64,000 nt of DNA from Candidatus Versatilivorator sp. (GCA_965207735.1 OZ242296.1:3488001-3552000), one strand, 5' to 3'. Numbered from the stretch's first letter, positions 39,457 through 54,750 are shown. Numbers and translations are program-made. Notes: generated by a model from the sequence alone, not told the origin.

Positions 39457-40179
39457 TCAGCCCCGCCTCCGGGAGAGGCTCTTGTCCAATGCCGTCAAGC
39501 TGGCGATGAGCTTTTTTCTCTGCCCGGAGGCAAAGCGATTCATCTGCTGCAGGTCGCGAAAGAGCTGGCTGGAATCGCCCCTCACATCCTGAAAAGCCCG
39601 AAACAGTTGGGCGGGGCCGGGCGTGGCCAGGGTTTCGGAGTCCACTTTCATCCGGGAAAACCCTTGAGCCAGGAAGTGGAACAGGGCTTGGGTCCTGGCC
39701 ATGGCTCGATCATGTTCGGCAGGCGTGGTCAGGGTCGCGTTCAACCCCAGGGTTTCGAGGTACTGTTTAACTTTCGGGACCCGACTGCCCCTGCCCGGGC
39801 AGAGAACCACTTCCAAACCGGCGATCCCCTGCCGTCCCGTCTCCGGGCCGAAGAGGGGATGGGTCCCTAACACTTCGACCGACTCGGGGAAGAGTTCCAG
39901 CATGAGCCGGAGCGGCTCCTCTTTGACGGAGCAGGTATCCATGACCAGTTGGCCCGGCGTCAGCAGGGGCCCCAGGCGGCGGCACAGTCGCTCCATTTGG
40001 GAGATGGGGACGCAAAGCAGCAGGCAGGGCTTGCGGGCTACCTCACGCAGGGTGCCGCGGCAGACATCCGGATCCCCCGAGGGACTCTTGGGGTCGTAGG
40101 CGGACACCGAGAAATCCCTGCCGAGGATCCGAGCGGCAAATTGACCGAAGCTTCCAAAGCCGACGATGCCGATTTCCAC
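39457..40179 (-). CDS. Prephenate/arogenate dehydrogenase (TyrA-like)
   Basis: GIVGFGSFG Rossmann motif, DTCSVK, HPLFGP, EHDRAMA; GTG start at 40179. Confidence 0.88.
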   Translation of the reverse strand: MEIGIVGFGSFGQFAARILGRDFSVSAYDPKSPSGDPDVCRGTLREVARKPCLLLCVPISQMERLCRRLGPLLTPGQLVMDTCSVKEEPLRLMLELFPESVEVLGTHPLFGPETGRQGIAGLEVVLCPGRGSRVPKVKQYLETLGLNATLTTPAEHDRAMARTQALFHFLAQGFSRMKVDSETLATPGPAQLFRAFQDVRGDSSQLFRDLQQMNRFASGQRKKLIASLTALDKSLSRRRG

Positions 40180-40313
40180 ACCTTCTCCCGATGAATGGCC
40201 GGGGGCATGCCCCAATGGTGGTGGTTTGCGATGACCGTCTCGATGGAGGGGTGGGGGACCCCGAGGCTGTCGATTCAAAACCCGGCGGAGGCCTGGGCGA
40301 GCGGGGGGGAGGG

Positions 40314-40354
40314 CGATTCACAGCCGGAGAGGCTCCCCGCCCGGCTGTGAATCG
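40314..40354 (-). terminator. 14-bp perfect hairpin downstream of the TPR gene
   Basis: cgattcacagccgg-N13-ccggctgtgaatcg; no clear U-tract. Confidence 0.5.
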
Positions 40355-40376
40355 TTGGCTGAGACCGGAGAAGGGG

Positions 40377-41378
40377 CTACTTCAACTCTGCCATGGCGGC
40401 TTCCCTGATGCGGTCGAGACCGTCCAGCGACCCCCCGGTGGCGGCTTTGAAGAGGGCCTCCAGGGCGGTTGTGGCCCGGGTACCGTAGCTGCCGCCGAGC
40501 CCCTCGGCTTGGGCCAGGAGCTTCATCGCCACCCGGTTCTCCTTCAGTTGCCATTGGCTCATTCCCATGTGGTAGTAGGCCGCGGAGTCTCTGGGCTTGA
40601 ACCTCAAGCTGCTCTGGTAGTTGGCCAGCGCCGGGCGCCACCGCTTTCGATTGAAGTGATTCAGCCCAATGGTTGCATAGAGCTGGCCCCTGACCTGCTT
40701 CCAACTCTCCTCGGTAAAGCCGGGCGGCGGTTCGTCGCTGCTGTAAGCCGCCAGCATCTTTTGGGCGTAGCCGGCCGCTCGGCCGACACTCCTGCGCCGG
40801 GCGTAGTGATCGAAGAGCTTGATATTGTAGGGGAATGCCTCCTTGTCGCTTTTTCCCTCGGTCACCTTCCGGGCATAGGTCGCGAACTTATTGCCGTCCT
40901 TTAGCTTGTCGTAGCAATCGGCCAAGGCGGCGGCGATGCCCGGGGTAGGCTTCTTGGCATAGAGCTGCTCGCCATACCTGGCCGCCTTGGCGTAGTTCTT
41001 GGTGGCGTAATAGGCCTCCAGAGCTCCTCCCAGTCCTCTTTCGTCGCCCGGCAGCAGTCGAAGCAACTCCTCCGACGCGCGGCCCAACGCAGCCATGTCC
41101 TTCTTCTGGTAGAGTTCCACAACCCACTGCTGCGTGGCGCTGAGGGCTTGTTTCTGCGCGTAGTCCTTATACTGCGAGTCCGGGTGAGCCTTGACAAACG
41201 CGTTCAGCGCATCGGCCTTTGCCTTCCACCCGTTGGCCTTCAGCGCCTTGTCCAGCACGGCGTATTCCTGCCGGGCCTTCGCGTTCGGGTCCGCCTGGCC
41301 CGGTGCCGCGATCAACGAATTGACGGTCAACCCTAACCCCAGCAACAGTGTTAGAACCAAGGATGCAACTTTTTCCAT
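40377..41378 (-). CDS. Exported TPR-like helical repeat protein
   Basis: Signal peptide MEKVASLVLTLLLGLGL, TPR-like helices, GGAGG RBS. Confidence 0.75.
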   Translation of the reverse strand: MEKVASLVLTLLLGLGLTVNSLIAAPGQADPNAKARQEYAVLDKALKANGWKAKADALNAFVKAHPDSQYKDYAQKQALSATQQWVVELYQKKDMAALGRASEELLRLLPGDERGLGGALEAYYATKNYAKAARYGEQLYAKKPTPGIAAALADCYDKLKDGNKFATYARKVTEGKSDKEAFPYNIKLFDHYARRRSVGRAAGYAQKMLAAYSSDEPPPGFTEESWKQVRGQLYATIGLNHFNRKRWRPALANYQSSLRFKPRDSAAYYHMGMSQWQLKENRVAMKLLAQAEGLGGSYGTRATTALEALFKAATGGSLDGLDRIREAAMAELK

Positions 41379-41468
41379 GACGTCCTCCCGACGATGCTTC
41401 ATCGGCCTTGCCCTTCCCCGGCTCGCCAACGAAGAGCATTCTTTTCTGGTCTCAAACAGGTAAGGGGA

Positions 41469-41497
41469 ATTATCGGGATTTGCCGGTTGCCTGTCAA
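41469..41497 (-). promoter_or_regulatory. Candidate sigma70 promoter for the TPR gene
   Basis: TTGACA, 17-bp spacer, GATAAT. Confidence 0.55.
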
Positions 41498-41760
41498 TAG
41501 TCATGAAACTCCGGGACGGTAAAGGGGGCGACGCGGGCTCTTCCGGGACACCTCTGCCGGATGAGAGGCCGCCGAAAGGGTTTCGGAATCGACGGCTTCG
41601 ATGCTATAAGAACCCTTGGAATCTGCCTCGGATCGGACCAGGGTATCACGTACCCTCACAAAGGAGTTGGCACTTGAACAGGAAGACCGACCAAACTTCG
41701 GAGGACGCTCCCACGCCTTCTCATCCCAATGAGCCGGCTCGCAGGATCGAGAGTTACAGC

Positions 41761-42042
41761 ATGCTGGCTCCGCGCATGAAGAGGATCTACTTCGATTTCT
41801 ACGCGGAGACCTACAGGGAATCCCGGCTGGACCGCAAGACCAAGGAACTCATCGCGATTTCCGCTTCGCTGACGGCCAAGTGTCAGGGCTGCCTGGAGGG
41901 CCACATCAAGAAAGCCCTCAAGTTGGGCGTTACCAAGGAAGAAATCAGCGAGACCATCGCCATCGCCATGGGAGTCAACGCCGCGGCCGTCGTGGATGTG
42001 ACCGATATCGCCGCGGCCAACCTCAACCTGAAACACTACTGA
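41761..42042 (+). CDS. Carboxymuconolactone decarboxylase/AhpD family protein
   Basis: LDRKTKELIAISASLTAKCQGCLEGH (CxxC). Confidence 0.88.
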   Translation: MLAPRMKRIYFDFYAETYRESRLDRKTKELIAISASLTAKCQGCLEGHIKKALKLGVTKEEISETIAIAMGVNAAAVVDVTDIAAANLNLKHY

Positions 42043-42209
42043 ACGTCGGCGCGCCAGCAGGCTGTCGAGGACTTTCTTCGAAACATGCTCCCTATTACCG
42101 GCGACAGAGTTGCCACATACGGAACCTTCTTCCCTGTGTAAGACAAGTGGCGGCCTTGTTTGCGAAAGGCTTTCCCTGGAAGCGCCCCCGGCGCCGGACT
42201 CTCCCCCAT

Positions 42210-42917
42210 ATGGAACAGCCTCATCGACCCGACGGCAGTGGTTCCGGGAACGGTCTCCGTCTCAGTGAATCGGAGACTCGGGCTCAAACCTTCTATGACC
42301 GTTGGATCGGAGAGGGTGACCTGTTCTCCCAGTTGGGGCGGGCGGTCTTCAGCCTGAGCGGCACGGTCTACGCCGGCGGCTTCATCCAGGCCTCCGGCCT
42401 CCGACCCGAGGATCGGGTGCTGGAGATCGGTTCGGGACTGGGCAAGATCCTGACGGCCAGCCAACGTCGCATTGGGGCGGAGGCACTCTACGTCGGGATT
42501 GACCTGTCCTGCCAAATGGTGCGGCGAGCCCGAAGGGACCTGGATCCGCGACGGCCTCCGCTCCACTTTCTGGTCGCCAGCGCGCTGCAAATGCCCTTCC
42601 GCGGCCAATGTTTCGACGTGGTCCTACTCTCCCACGTGGTGAAGTACCTGACCGACCCGCAGCTACGCCTGGTGCTGGCCCAGGTGAGGGGCCTGCTGCG
42701 CCCGGGAGGCCGGATCGTTCTCTGGGAGTTTCGGCCCTATCCCTGGGGTGCGATCAATCGCACCATCTTGCGTGGCAGCCGCTCGCACAAGCTCCGGAGC
42801 GCGACCGAACTGGTTTCTCTCCTTCAGGAACAAGGTTACCGCAACCTGCAGCCCTTCAGGATTCACACTCCCTGGCCCCCCTTCCGCAACCTGGCCTTCA
42901 GCGGACGGCCGGGGTGA
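42210..42917 (+). CDS. Class I SAM-dependent methyltransferase
   Basis: VLEIGSGLG, GIDLS, LRPGG. Start uncertain. Confidence 0.85.
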   Translation: MEQPHRPDGSGSGNGLRLSESETRAQTFYDRWIGEGDLFSQLGRAVFSLSGTVYAGGFIQASGLRPEDRVLEIGSGLGKILTASQRRIGAEALYVGIDLSCQMVRRARRDLDPRRPPLHFLVASALQMPFRGQCFDVVLLSHVVKYLTDPQLRLVLAQVRGLLRPGGRIVLWEFRPYPWGAINRTILRGSRSHKLRSATELVSLLQEQGYRNLQPFRIHTPWPPFRNLAFSGRPG

Positions 42918-43007
42918 ATCGACCCGCCGACGCGCCTTTTCCCGCGCCCCTGTCCCGATTGAAGAGACCTTCTTTGATGATTGTTTCTCATACCCCGGCT
43001 GGTTATC

Positions 43008-43958
43008 ATGGCCCCTATGGAAACTCTGTGTGACGCCCACCTCCATTTCTTCACCCGAGAGGTGCTGAGCTTCTACGCGAGGCAGTCCGCGGAGTACCGG
43101 GCACTCGAGGACCCCGCCGCCCGGGTGGCGGCGCGGTTGGGCATCTCTACACCGCCGAAGGAGGCGAAAGACCTGGCCGCCTTGTGGGTGGAGCAGTTGG
43201 ACCGTCATCAGGTCTCCCGCGCCTTGCTTTTCGGAAGCGTCCCGGGCGAACAACAGGCCGTCTCCCGGGCGGTTGCCGCCTTCCCCGGCAAGTTCGTCGG
43301 CTTCCAGGTGCTGAACCCCCTGGATCCGGAGGCCGGCAGGACCGTCGCCGACATTGCCGCCGGAGGGCTTCGGGGGCTGCTGCTCTTTCCCGCGATGCAC
43401 CGGTTCTTTCCCGACGACCCGGCCTGTCTGGAAACCTGCCGCCTGGCCAGGCGGTATGGACTGATTGTCTTCGTCCACATCGGCCCGCTGCGAATCGTGA
43501 TCCAGGAAAAGCTGGGGGGTGGCGGGGCCATCCAGCCGAGCTACGGTGACGCCCGGCGTTTGGGCAACGCCCTGCGAGCCTTTCCGGAGGTCCCCTTTAT
43601 CGTTCCCCACTTCGGGTGCGGCCGCTTGGCGGCGGCGCTGGAATCGGCCCGGGAAACCCGCAACCTCTACCTCGACACCTCCAGTTCCAACTCCTGGATG
43701 CAGCAGGAGCCGGAGCCTACCGATCTGGAGACCGTGTTCGGCAAAGTGCTGGAAGAGAATGCCTTCGGGCCGGAACGCCTGCTCTTCGGGAGCGACTCGA
43801 CCGTGTTTCCCCGAGGATGGAGAAAAGACGTCTATCTGGCCCAGAGGGCTGCCCTGGATCGCTTGGGGATCTCGTCCCGCGAGAGGCAACTCATTTTTTC
43901 CGGCAACCTGGAACGCCTGCTGGCGCCTGCCGGTGCCGCCACCCGGCCAACGGCTTGA
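43008..43958 (+). CDS. Amidohydrolase family protein
   Basis: DAHLH, PHFG, LDTSS, LLFGSD. Confidence 0.88.
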   Translation: MAPMETLCDAHLHFFTREVLSFYARQSAEYRALEDPAARVAARLGISTPPKEAKDLAALWVEQLDRHQVSRALLFGSVPGEQQAVSRAVAAFPGKFVGFQVLNPLDPEAGRTVADIAAGGLRGLLLFPAMHRFFPDDPACLETCRLARRYGLIVFVHIGPLRIVIQEKLGGGGAIQPSYGDARRLGNALRAFPEVPFIVPHFGCGRLAAALESARETRNLYLDTSSSNSWMQQEPEPTDLETVFGKVLEENAFGPERLLFGSDSTVFPRGWRKDVYLAQRAALDRLGISSRERQLIFSGNLERLLAPAGAATRPTA

Positions 43959-44014
43959 GCCCCGGGGCGGCGGCCAGTCAACCATTTCGGGATCAGCCAA
44001 GAAGGGAGGTCATC

Positions 44015-45289
44015 ATGACGGACCCAAGAGTGGATCGCCGCGGATTTCTCAGACGACTGGGGATGGGCGCCGCCTTGGCCCCGGCCTGGAACGCTCGTAG
44101 CTACCTGGCCATCCCGGGGGCCAATGAGCGCCTATCGGTTGGGGTCATCGGTTGCGGCAGCATGGGAAACTCCCACATGAGGGCCCTGCTGGGCATGCAG
44201 GACAGCGCCAACCTCCGGGTGGCCGCGGTCTGCGACGTCTACCGCAAGCGCCTGGAAGCCGCTACCGCCCTGACAGGCGGCACTGCCTATAGCGACTACC
44301 GGACCCTTCTGGCCCAAAGGGAATTGGACTACGTCTTGATTGCGACTCCCGAGCACTGGCACCACCGTATGACTCTGGACGCCCTGGACGCCGGCAAGCA
44401 CATCTATCTGGAGAAGCCCCTGACCCAAACCATTCGGCAGGCCAAGGAGGTGGTCCGACGGGTCCGGCGCTCCAAGCTGAAACTGCAGGTGGGGGTGCAG
44501 GGCATGTCGGACGAATCCTATGAGGTCGCCGGCCGCTATATCCGGGAGGGAGCCTTGGGCAAAATGGTCATGGCCCAGATCGACTACTCCCGAAACTATA
44601 CCGACGACTTCTGGGCCTACGAGATCGACCCGGATGCCAATCCGAAGACCAACCTCGACTGGGCGGCCTGGCAGGGTCCGGCTCCCAAGCGCCCCTGGGA
44701 CCCGCGTCGCTTCTTCCAGTGGAGACGCTACTGGGACTATTCGGGCGGAATCGCGACCGACCTCTTTATCCACCGCGTGACCCGAATCCTCAAGGCGGCG
44801 GGGCTGACTTTCCCGGATCGGGTGGTTGCCAGCGGCGGAACCTGGCAGTTCACCCGGAGCGTCGCCCAGATCCCCGACACCTTCAACATGCTCTGTGACT
44901 ATCCCGGCGGCCCCACGGTAGCCCTGATCTCCTCCATGGCCAACGACTTCAAGGTGGCCCACGTGATTCGCGGCCACAAGGCCACCCTCCGCTTCACCAG
45001 GGACGGCTTCGTGATCACTCCTCAATCGGTCAGCCTGGAAGACCGTGTTCAGCCGGGAGAGTTGAGGGCTCAGGAGACCTGGTCCAAGGTCTACCGCAGG
45101 ACGGGGGGCGAGGACATCCGGCTGCACCACCAAAATCTGCAGAATGCCATCCGCCTGGGGGAGCCGCTGAAGTGCGACGTCATGCTGGGCTACTACGGCA
45201 CCGTGGTCACCGCCATGGGCGTGCAATCCTTCCGGCGGAGTAAGTACCTGAAGTGGAATCGGAAGAAAGAGCGGGTGGAAACCGCTTGA
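44015..45289 (+). CDS. Tat-exported Gfo/Idh/MocA oxidoreductase
   Basis: DRRGFL Tat signal, IGCGSMG, ATPEHWH, YLEKP. Confidence 0.92.
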   Translation: MTDPRVDRRGFLRRLGMGAALAPAWNARSYLAIPGANERLSVGVIGCGSMGNSHMRALLGMQDSANLRVAAVCDVYRKRLEAATALTGGTAYSDYRTLLAQRELDYVLIATPEHWHHRMTLDALDAGKHIYLEKPLTQTIRQAKEVVRRVRRSKLKLQVGVQGMSDESYEVAGRYIREGALGKMVMAQIDYSRNYTDDFWAYEIDPDANPKTNLDWAAWQGPAPKRPWDPRRFFQWRRYWDYSGGIATDLFIHRVTRILKAAGLTFPDRVVASGGTWQFTRSVAQIPDTFNMLCDYPGGPTVALISSMANDFKVAHVIRGHKATLRFTRDGFVITPQSVSLEDRVQPGELRAQETWSKVYRRTGGEDIRLHHQNLQNAIRLGEPLKCDVMLGYYGTVVTAMGVQSFRRSKYLKWNRKKERVETA

Positions 45290-45322
45290 TTGTCGATTAA
45301 ATGCGGGCTGCCGGAGGACGGG

Positions 45323-47791
45323 TCAGTGAACCACGGGGGATTGACCGTCCTGCAATTGTTCGGACTGATGGGTGATCAGACAGGCGGCTGAGACTTGATC
45401 TCCCTCCAGGAGATCCATCAACTTCACCCCCTGCGTGCTTCTACCCACGGCTCTGATGTCCCCGGCTTCCAGGCGGATCAGCTTTCCCTGGGCGGTGATG
45501 AGGATGATTCCAGAATTCTCGTTCACCTTCATGATGGCCAGCACTTTTCCGTTGCGTTCGGTAGTCTTCATATTGATGACGCCCTGGCCGCCTCGGGACA
45601 CAAAGCGGTAGGCGCCAATCGGCGTGCGCTTGCCGTAGCCGTTCTCGCTGACCGACAGGATCAACCCTTCATCCCCGCCCACCGTCATGCCCACGAGAAA
45701 GTCGCCTCGCACCAACTTGATGCCCCTGACGCCGCGTGCTTGCCGCCCCATATGCCTGACATCCGCCTCGCTGAAGCGGATGCACTTGCCCTTGTGGGTT
45801 CCCAAGAATATCTGGTCGTCTCCCGAGGTCAGTTCGGCGCCGATCAACTCATCTCCTTCGTCCAGTTTGATGGCATGGATCCATCGCGCCATCGGGCGAC
45901 TGAAGGCATCCAGCCGTGTCTTTTTGACCGTTCCCCACCGAGTGGCGAACATCACGTACTTGTCCTTGGCAAACTCGGTGACCGGCAGCATGGCGGCAAC
46001 CTTCTCACCGCGGGAGAAGTTGACCAGGTTGACGATGGCTTTGCCCTTGCCGCTGGTGCCCACATCCGGAATCTCGTAGACCTTGAGCCAGTGGATCTTC
46101 CCCTGATTGGTGAAGATCAGCAGATAGCTGTGGGTTGACGCCACAAAAAGGGTCTCGACAAAATCCTGCTCCCGGGTCCGCATTCCGATACGGCCCTTGC
46201 CGCCGCGGTGCTGCATGCGATAAATGCTGATGGGGGTTCGTTTCAGATACCCCGAATGGGTCACGGTGACCACCACGTCCTCGACGGCGATCAAGTCCTC
46301 CAGCGTGATCTCGGCGGCCTCGTCCACAATGGCCGTGCGACGCTCGTCTCCATACTGCTTGCGGACCTCCTTGAGTTCCTGCACCAGAAGCCTCTTCAGG
46401 GTGGGGTCGCTGGAAAGGATCTCCCGGAGCTCTGCGATGCGTCTGGATAGTTGGGCGTACTCCTGATCCAGCTTTTCCCGCTCCAGGCTGGTGAGGGCCC
46501 GCAACTGCATGTCCAGAATGTGGCGAGCCTGGACGGCGGACAGCGTGAATTCCGCCATCAGGCGATCCCGAGCCTCCTGGGGAGACCTGGACCGGCGAAT
46601 GATCCGGATCACCCGGTCGATATTGTCCAGCGCCTTGAAGAGACCCTCCAGGATGTGGGCTCTTTCTTCGGCCTTTTTCAACTGGTAGCGGCTGCGGCGC
46701 CGAATCACCTCGCTGCGGTGATTCACGAAGCTCCGCAGGGCATCCACCAGGTTCAGGACTCGCGGTTGCCCGTCGGCAATCGCCAACATGATCACGCCGA
46801 AGCTGCTTTGCATGGGCGTGAGCTTGTAGAGATTGTTCAAGATGACTTCCGGCTGCTCGCCGCGTCGCAGCTCCACCACGATGCGCATGCCATCTCGGTC
46901 CGACTCGTCGCGGAGGTCGGCGATGCCGTCGATTCGCTTGGTCTGGACCAGGTCCGCAATCTTTTCGATCAGCTTGGCCTTATTGACCTGAAACGGGATT
47001 TCCGTGATCACGATCATGTGACGATCGCCACGGGCCTGCAGCTCGATGGCGGCCTTGGCTCGAATGACGATCGAGCCCCGACCGGTTGTGTAGGCGCTGG
47101 CAATTCCTTCCCTGCCGTAGATCACCCCCCCGGTGGGGAAGTCCGGGCCCGGCACGATCTTCCTCAGTTCCTCCAGCGTGGCGTCAGGTTTCTCCACCAG
47201 GCGGATCACCGCATTGATCACTTCGGTCAGGTTGTGGGGGGGGATATTGGTGGCCATCCCCACCGCGATGCCGGCCGAACCGTTCACCAGCAGGTTGGGA
47301 ATCCTGGTAGGCAGGCAGGTGGGCTCGAGCTGGCTCTCATCGTAGTTGGGAACAAAATCCACCGTGTCCATTTCGATGTCGGCCAGTATCTCGCGGGCAA
47401 TGCCGGCCAGCCGAGCTTCGGTGTAACGCATGGCCGCGGGAGGGTCTCCGTCCACCGATCCGAAATTCCCCTGGCCGTCCACCAGCGGGTAGCGCATGGC
47501 AAAGTCCTGAGCCATGCGCACCTGGGCGTCGTAGATGGCGGAATCGCCATGAGGGTGAAAGTTGCCCATGACCTCCCCGACGATCTTGGCGCACTTGCGA
47601 TAGGGTTTGTTGGGCGTCAGCCCCATCTCCCGCATGCCGTGCAGGATCCTGCGATGGACCGGCTTGAGTCCATCCCGAACGTCGGGAAGAGCGCGGCCGA
47701 TGATCACGCTCATGGAGTAATCCAGGTAGGAGCGCCTCATCTCCTCTTCGATATTGACCGGCGCTTGATTGAGAGGTGTTGAGCTTTCCAT
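45323..47791 (-). CDS. gyrA: DNA gyrase subunit A
   Basis: [28 protein letters not shown], GyrA box QHRGGKG. Confidence 0.98.
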   Translation of the reverse strand: MESSTPLNQAPVNIEEEMRRSYLDYSMSVIIGRALPDVRDGLKPVHRRILHGMREMGLTPNKPYRKCAKIVGEVMGNFHPHGDSAIYDAQVRMAQDFAMRYPLVDGQGNFGSVDGDPPAAMRYTEARLAGIAREILADIEMDTVDFVPNYDESQLEPTCLPTRIPNLLVNGSAGIAVGMATNIPPHNLTEVINAVIRLVEKPDATLEELRKIVPGPDFPTGGVIYGREGIASAYTTGRGSIVIRAKAAIELQARGDRHMIVITEIPFQVNKAKLIEKIADLVQTKRIDGIADLRDESDRDGMRIVVELRRGEQPEVILNNLYKLTPMQSSFGVIMLAIADGQPRVLNLVDALRSFVNHRSEVIRRRSRYQLKKAEERAHILEGLFKALDNIDRVIRIIRRSRSPQEARDRLMAEFTLSAVQARHILDMQLRALTSLEREKLDQEYAQLSRRIAELREILSSDPTLKRLLVQELKEVRKQYGDERRTAIVDEAAEITLEDLIAVEDVVVTVTHSGYLKRTPISIYRMQHRGGKGRIGMRTREQDFVETLFVASTHSYLLIFTNQGKIHWLKVYEIPDVGTSGKGKAIVNLVNFSRGEKVAAMLPVTEFAKDKYVMFATRWGTVKKTRLDAFSRPMARWIHAIKLDEGDELIGAELTSGDDQIFLGTHKGKCIRFSEADVRHMGRQARGVRGIKLVRGDFLVGMTVGGDEGLILSVSENGYGKRTPIGAYRFVSRGGQGVINMKTTERNGKVLAIMKVNENSGIILITAQGKLIRLEAGDIRAVGRSTQGVKLMDLLEGDQVSAACLITHQSEQLQDGQSPVVH

Positions 47792-47894
47792 GAGGATCTC
47801 CGGTTGACCGTTCGCGGCGCCAAGGGGACGCCAAAGCGGCCTCAACGGCTAGCGAGGCAACGCTTCAGACCGAAAAGCCAGGGAACACAGATGT

Positions 47895-47914
47895 CCGCGA
47901 AGGGACACGAAGAG
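47895..47914. repeat. Dispersed ttcgtg-type repeat, copy 3 (inverted)
   Basis: The reverse complement of ccgcgaagggacacgaagag matches tcttcgtgccccttcgtgg at 36699-36717 with 2 mismatches. Confidence 0.55.
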
Positions 47915-48015
47915 ACTGATTGATGAATTGTCGACTGCCAACAGTGTCCTGGGGAGTGAGGCTAAAGACATACACTTTTCAGTGCTGTACTCGGCGGGCC
48001 GGCGAGAAAAGCAGG

Positions 48016-51656
<3,641 letters not shown>

Positions 51657-51688
51657 TCCGCTCCGGAGGACGATCCACCCCAATCTCT

Positions 51689-52801
51689 TCAGACCCTCAT
51701 GGGCATGACCACATAGCGATAGCGGTAGTCCTCCGCGGTAGCGGGACGAAGTTGTCCCGCGCTCTCATCGTCCTTGAAATCCAGGCTCACGGAGGGATCC
51801 TCGATAGCTGCGAGAAAATCCAGGAGGTACTGGCTGTTGAATCCGATGTCGATCTTCCCGGCGGAATAATCGGCATCCAGTTCATCCTTGGCCTCGCCGA
51901 GGTCGGAATTGCTCGATCGGATTTCCAGCTTGTTGTTGTCCAACAGAAACTGAACCGTGTGAGACTTGTTGTCCGCCAATAGCGACACTCTCCTGATGGC
52001 CGTGGCAAGCTCCTCACGGTCCAACACGACACTCCGATGGTTTTCCTTGGGAAGCACCGCCTCAAAGTTGGGGAATTGTCCCGTCACCATTCGCGACACC
52101 AGCAAACGCTTGCCCAATTGAAAGAACAGGTGAGTCTCGTCCTGGCCGAAGCTCACCGTGTCCTCTTCGCCCGCTTCCGCCAACAGCCGTTGCAATTCCG
52201 CCAAGGCCTTCTTAGGAATCAAGGCACTGATTTCGCTGGATATGTGGTCAAAGTTAGCCGGCTTCTCCACATGGGCCAATCGGTGTCCGTCCGTCGCAAC
52301 CATGGTCAGGCTCAAGGGCTTGACCAAGAGGAGGGCTCCGTTGAGCGCGAAGCGGACTTCCTCTTCAGCCACCGAAAAAATGGTCTTGTTGATCAGGCCA
52401 AGCAAACCCTTGGCGGGAATCTCCACCAAAGCCGTTCCAAATACCGGCAGCGTAGGAAAATTGTCGGTGGGCAACCCTGCCAGCTTGAATGAGGCCGAAG
52501 CACACTCGATTCTCAGCCAGTTGTTCTCCAGCTTCGTGACCCGGACATCCTCATCGGGAAGGGACCGAAGGATATCCAGGAAGTTTTTGGCAGGTGTGGT
52601 GACGGCACCGGGTTTCTCGACCTTTGCGCCGCAAGAACTCTTGATTCCCAGATCCAGATTGGTGGCTGCAAGGTGTATTTCTTCCGAACCGGCATCCAGC
52701 AATAGATTACCCAGAATGGGGATGGTGGTTTTCTTCTCAACGGCTCCCTGGGTCAACCCAACCTCTTGCAAAATGTCCAATTTTCTAACTGTGAATTCCA
52801 T
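51689..52801 (-). CDS. dnaN: DNA polymerase III beta clamp
   Basis: TIPILGN, ATDGHRL, C-terminal VVMPMR. Confidence 0.97.
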   Translation of the reverse strand: MEFTVRKLDILQEVGLTQGAVEKKTTIPILGNLLLDAGSEEIHLAATNLDLGIKSSCGAKVEKPGAVTTPAKNFLDILRSLPDEDVRVTKLENNWLRIECASASFKLAGLPTDNFPTLPVFGTALVEIPAKGLLGLINKTIFSVAEEEVRFALNGALLLVKPLSLTMVATDGHRLAHVEKPANFDHISSEISALIPKKALAELQRLLAEAGEEDTVSFGQDETHLFFQLGKRLLVSRMVTGQFPNFEAVLPKENHRSVVLDREELATAIRRVSLLADNKSHTVQFLLDNNKLEIRSSNSDLGEAKDELDADYSAGKIDIGFNSQYLLDFLAAIEDPSVSLDFKDDESAGQLRPATAEDYRYRYVVMPMRV

Positions 52802-53011
52802 AGGATTTATTCTAGTAAATACCAATAGTAGTCTTGGTAACGTTGTTGAAAGCGAGGAAAAATCCCCGATCCGATTCTTTTTCAATGACAAAGCCTGTGA
52901 ATGATCCTAAGGATAACCCGGTGGAAAACGGGGTGAGAAAGGGGCTCTGTAAGAAATCCACACTATTTCCACAGGCAGGTCGCAGGTTCCCCTTGTGGAA
53001 AATGAGGCGAC
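52802..53011. other. Chromosomal replication origin oriC (dnaA-dnaN intergenic)
   Basis: DnaA-box-like 9-mers tgtggaaaa (52994), atttccaca (52965), aaatccaca (52954), ggtggaaaa (52920), tgtgaatga (52896); AT-rich tag/taa tract at 52812-52833; gene orientation flips nearby. Confidence 0.82.
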
Positions 53012-54331
53012 TCATTCCAAAGACTCCAGAAACATGTTGATCAGGCTGTTGAAATCTTTTTCGGACGACCGTTGAGCTTCCACCTTCCTGATGGAGTGCA
53101 TGACGGTCGTGTGGTGCTTGCCACCGAAAGCGCGGCCGACCTCGGGAAGGGAGGCGGAGGTCAAGTTTCTGCAAAGGTACATGGCGATCTGCCGGGGTTG
53201 GGTGATCGCTGTCGAGTTGCTCCTGGTCTTCAGGGCTGAGACCTTGACACTGAAATAGTCGGCGACGACCTTTTGAATGTGCTCGATGGAGACGCTTTTC
53301 TCTCGCGGTTTAAGGGTGTTCTTCAGGACCCTCTGAGCCATTCCAAGGGAGATGGGCTCTCCAGTCAGGGAACTGAAGGCTATCAGCCGATTCAGGGATC
53401 CCTCCAACTCTCTGATATTGGATTCTATCTTGCTGGCAATGAAAAATGCCACATTGTCCGGGATCTCGAAATTCTCAAATTCCGCCTTCTTTTTCAGGAT
53501 GGCGACCTTGGTCTCAAGATCGGGCATTTGAATGTCGGCGATCAAGCCCCACTCGAGGCGGGACGTCAGCCGGTCCTGAATGTCCGGGATTTCTTTCGGG
53601 AGCAAGTCGCTGGAGAGGACAATCTGCTTCTGGGCATCATAAAGGGTATTGAAGGTGTGGAAGAACTCTTGCTGTGTCGCCTGCTTGCCGGAGATGAAAT
53701 GAATGTCATCCACAAGAAGCACGTCGACGTTTCTGTATTTTTCCCGTAAGGCCAAGGTCTTGTCGTAGCGAATGGCGTTGACGACCTCGTTGGTAAATTT
53801 TTCCGAGGACACGTAGCTCAGGCGGGACGTTTTGGAGATCGAACGCACTTTGTGCCCAACGGCTTGCATGAGGTGCGTCTTTCCCAGTCCTGCACCACCG
53901 TAGATGAAGAGAGGGTTATAGATACGACTCGGCGCCTCGGCGACGGCCCGGGCGGCGGCGTGGGCGAACTGGTTACAGGAGGCAACCACGAATCGATCGA
54001 AGGTGTACTTGGGATTCAGCAGGTTCTCATCGGCAGTGAAATCCAGTTCTCTTTGAAAGGGAGCGGTTTTCGGAGGGGACGCCGCTTGGTCAGCCGGCTT
54101 GGCGTGGAAGCGAATCTTGAGGTCTTGGAAGTGTGATTCGCGGGCTGCGTCGTCAAGAACGTCGGAGAAGTGCTCCACGATCCAGCTTTGAAACATCAGG
54201 TTGGGAACGGTCACGTGGAGGGTGTTGTCAGCCTGCAAACTCTGGAACTGGGTGGGCTTGAACCAGGTTGTGTAGGTCTGTTTGTTGAGTTTGTTCTCGA
54301 CGCACTTCAAGATCTGTTGCCAAGCATTCAT
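53012..54331 (-). CDS. dnaA: Chromosomal replication initiator DnaA
   Basis: YNPLFIYGGAGLGKTHL, EFFHTFN, RQIAMYL, GGKHHTTV. Confidence 0.99.
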   Translation of the reverse strand: MNAWQQILKCVENKLNKQTYTTWFKPTQFQSLQADNTLHVTVPNLMFQSWIVEHFSDVLDDAARESHFQDLKIRFHAKPADQAASPPKTAPFQRELDFTADENLLNPKYTFDRFVVASCNQFAHAAARAVAEAPSRIYNPLFIYGGAGLGKTHLMQAVGHKVRSISKTSRLSYVSSEKFTNEVVNAIRYDKTLALREKYRNVDVLLVDDIHFISGKQATQQEFFHTFNTLYDAQKQIVLSSDLLPKEIPDIQDRLTSRLEWGLIADIQMPDLETKVAILKKKAEFENFEIPDNVAFFIASKIESNIRELEGSLNRLIAFSSLTGEPISLGMAQRVLKNTLKPREKSVSIEHIQKVVADYFSVKVSALKTRSNSTAITQPRQIAMYLCRNLTSASLPEVGRAFGGKHHTTVMHSIRKVEAQRSSEKDFNSLINMFLESLE

Positions 54332-54527
54332 AGGGAGAGGAGCTGCCGATCCTTACCAGACCTTCAGGGAGAGAGAGTTTTAGTATGAAGCAATAAAAAA
54401 ACGACAAAATAGAGAAATTAAGAGGAAAAAAGAGGATGTTGAAAACCCAAAAAACATACCACAGCAGGGGGTAGAGATTCAACCCCCAAGGCCCCCCGGA
54501 GCGCGCAAGGCCCGCCGTCCAGTCGGA

Positions 54528-54557
54528 TTGACAGCCTCAAAAGGCTTGTGCTATAAA
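54528..54557 (+). promoter_or_regulatory. rpmH operon promoter
   Basis: TTGACA, 18-bp spacer, TATAAA with an extended TG. Confidence 0.65.
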
Positions 54558-54603
54558 GGTGGGTTTTGGACAGGAGCACAGGAGAAGATCCTTCGGGGTA
54601 TCT

Positions 54604-54738
54604 ATGCGGCCGACCTTTCGTCCCAACAATCGCAAGCGTGCCAAGACCCACGGTTTCCGAGCTCGAATGAGGACCCGGTCCGGGCGGCTCATTCTAAAGC
54701 GCCGCCGTGCCAAGGGCCGCAAGCGTTTGATTCCCTGA
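54604..54738 (+). CDS. rpmH: 50S ribosomal protein L34
   Basis: Not in the ORF track; [44 protein letters not shown]. Confidence 0.97.
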   Translation: MRPTFRPNNRKRAKTHGFRARMRTRSGRLILKRRRAKGRKRLIP

Positions 54739-54750
54739 TCAGGCGGCGCT

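Noticed and set aside
41761-42042. Possible selenoprotein CMD/AhpD
   Set aside because: Both CxxC positions are ordinary Cys codons and there is no in-frame TGA.
47540-47570. Quinolone-resistance substitution in the GyrA QRDR
   Set aside because: [10 protein letters not shown] retains the Ser83 and Asp87 equivalents.
54380-54460. A-rich tract upstream of dnaA as an ORF or foreign insert
   Set aside because: AT-rich tracts are normal in dnaA-rpmH promoter/origin regions, and the predicted Phe-rich ORF is low-complexity.
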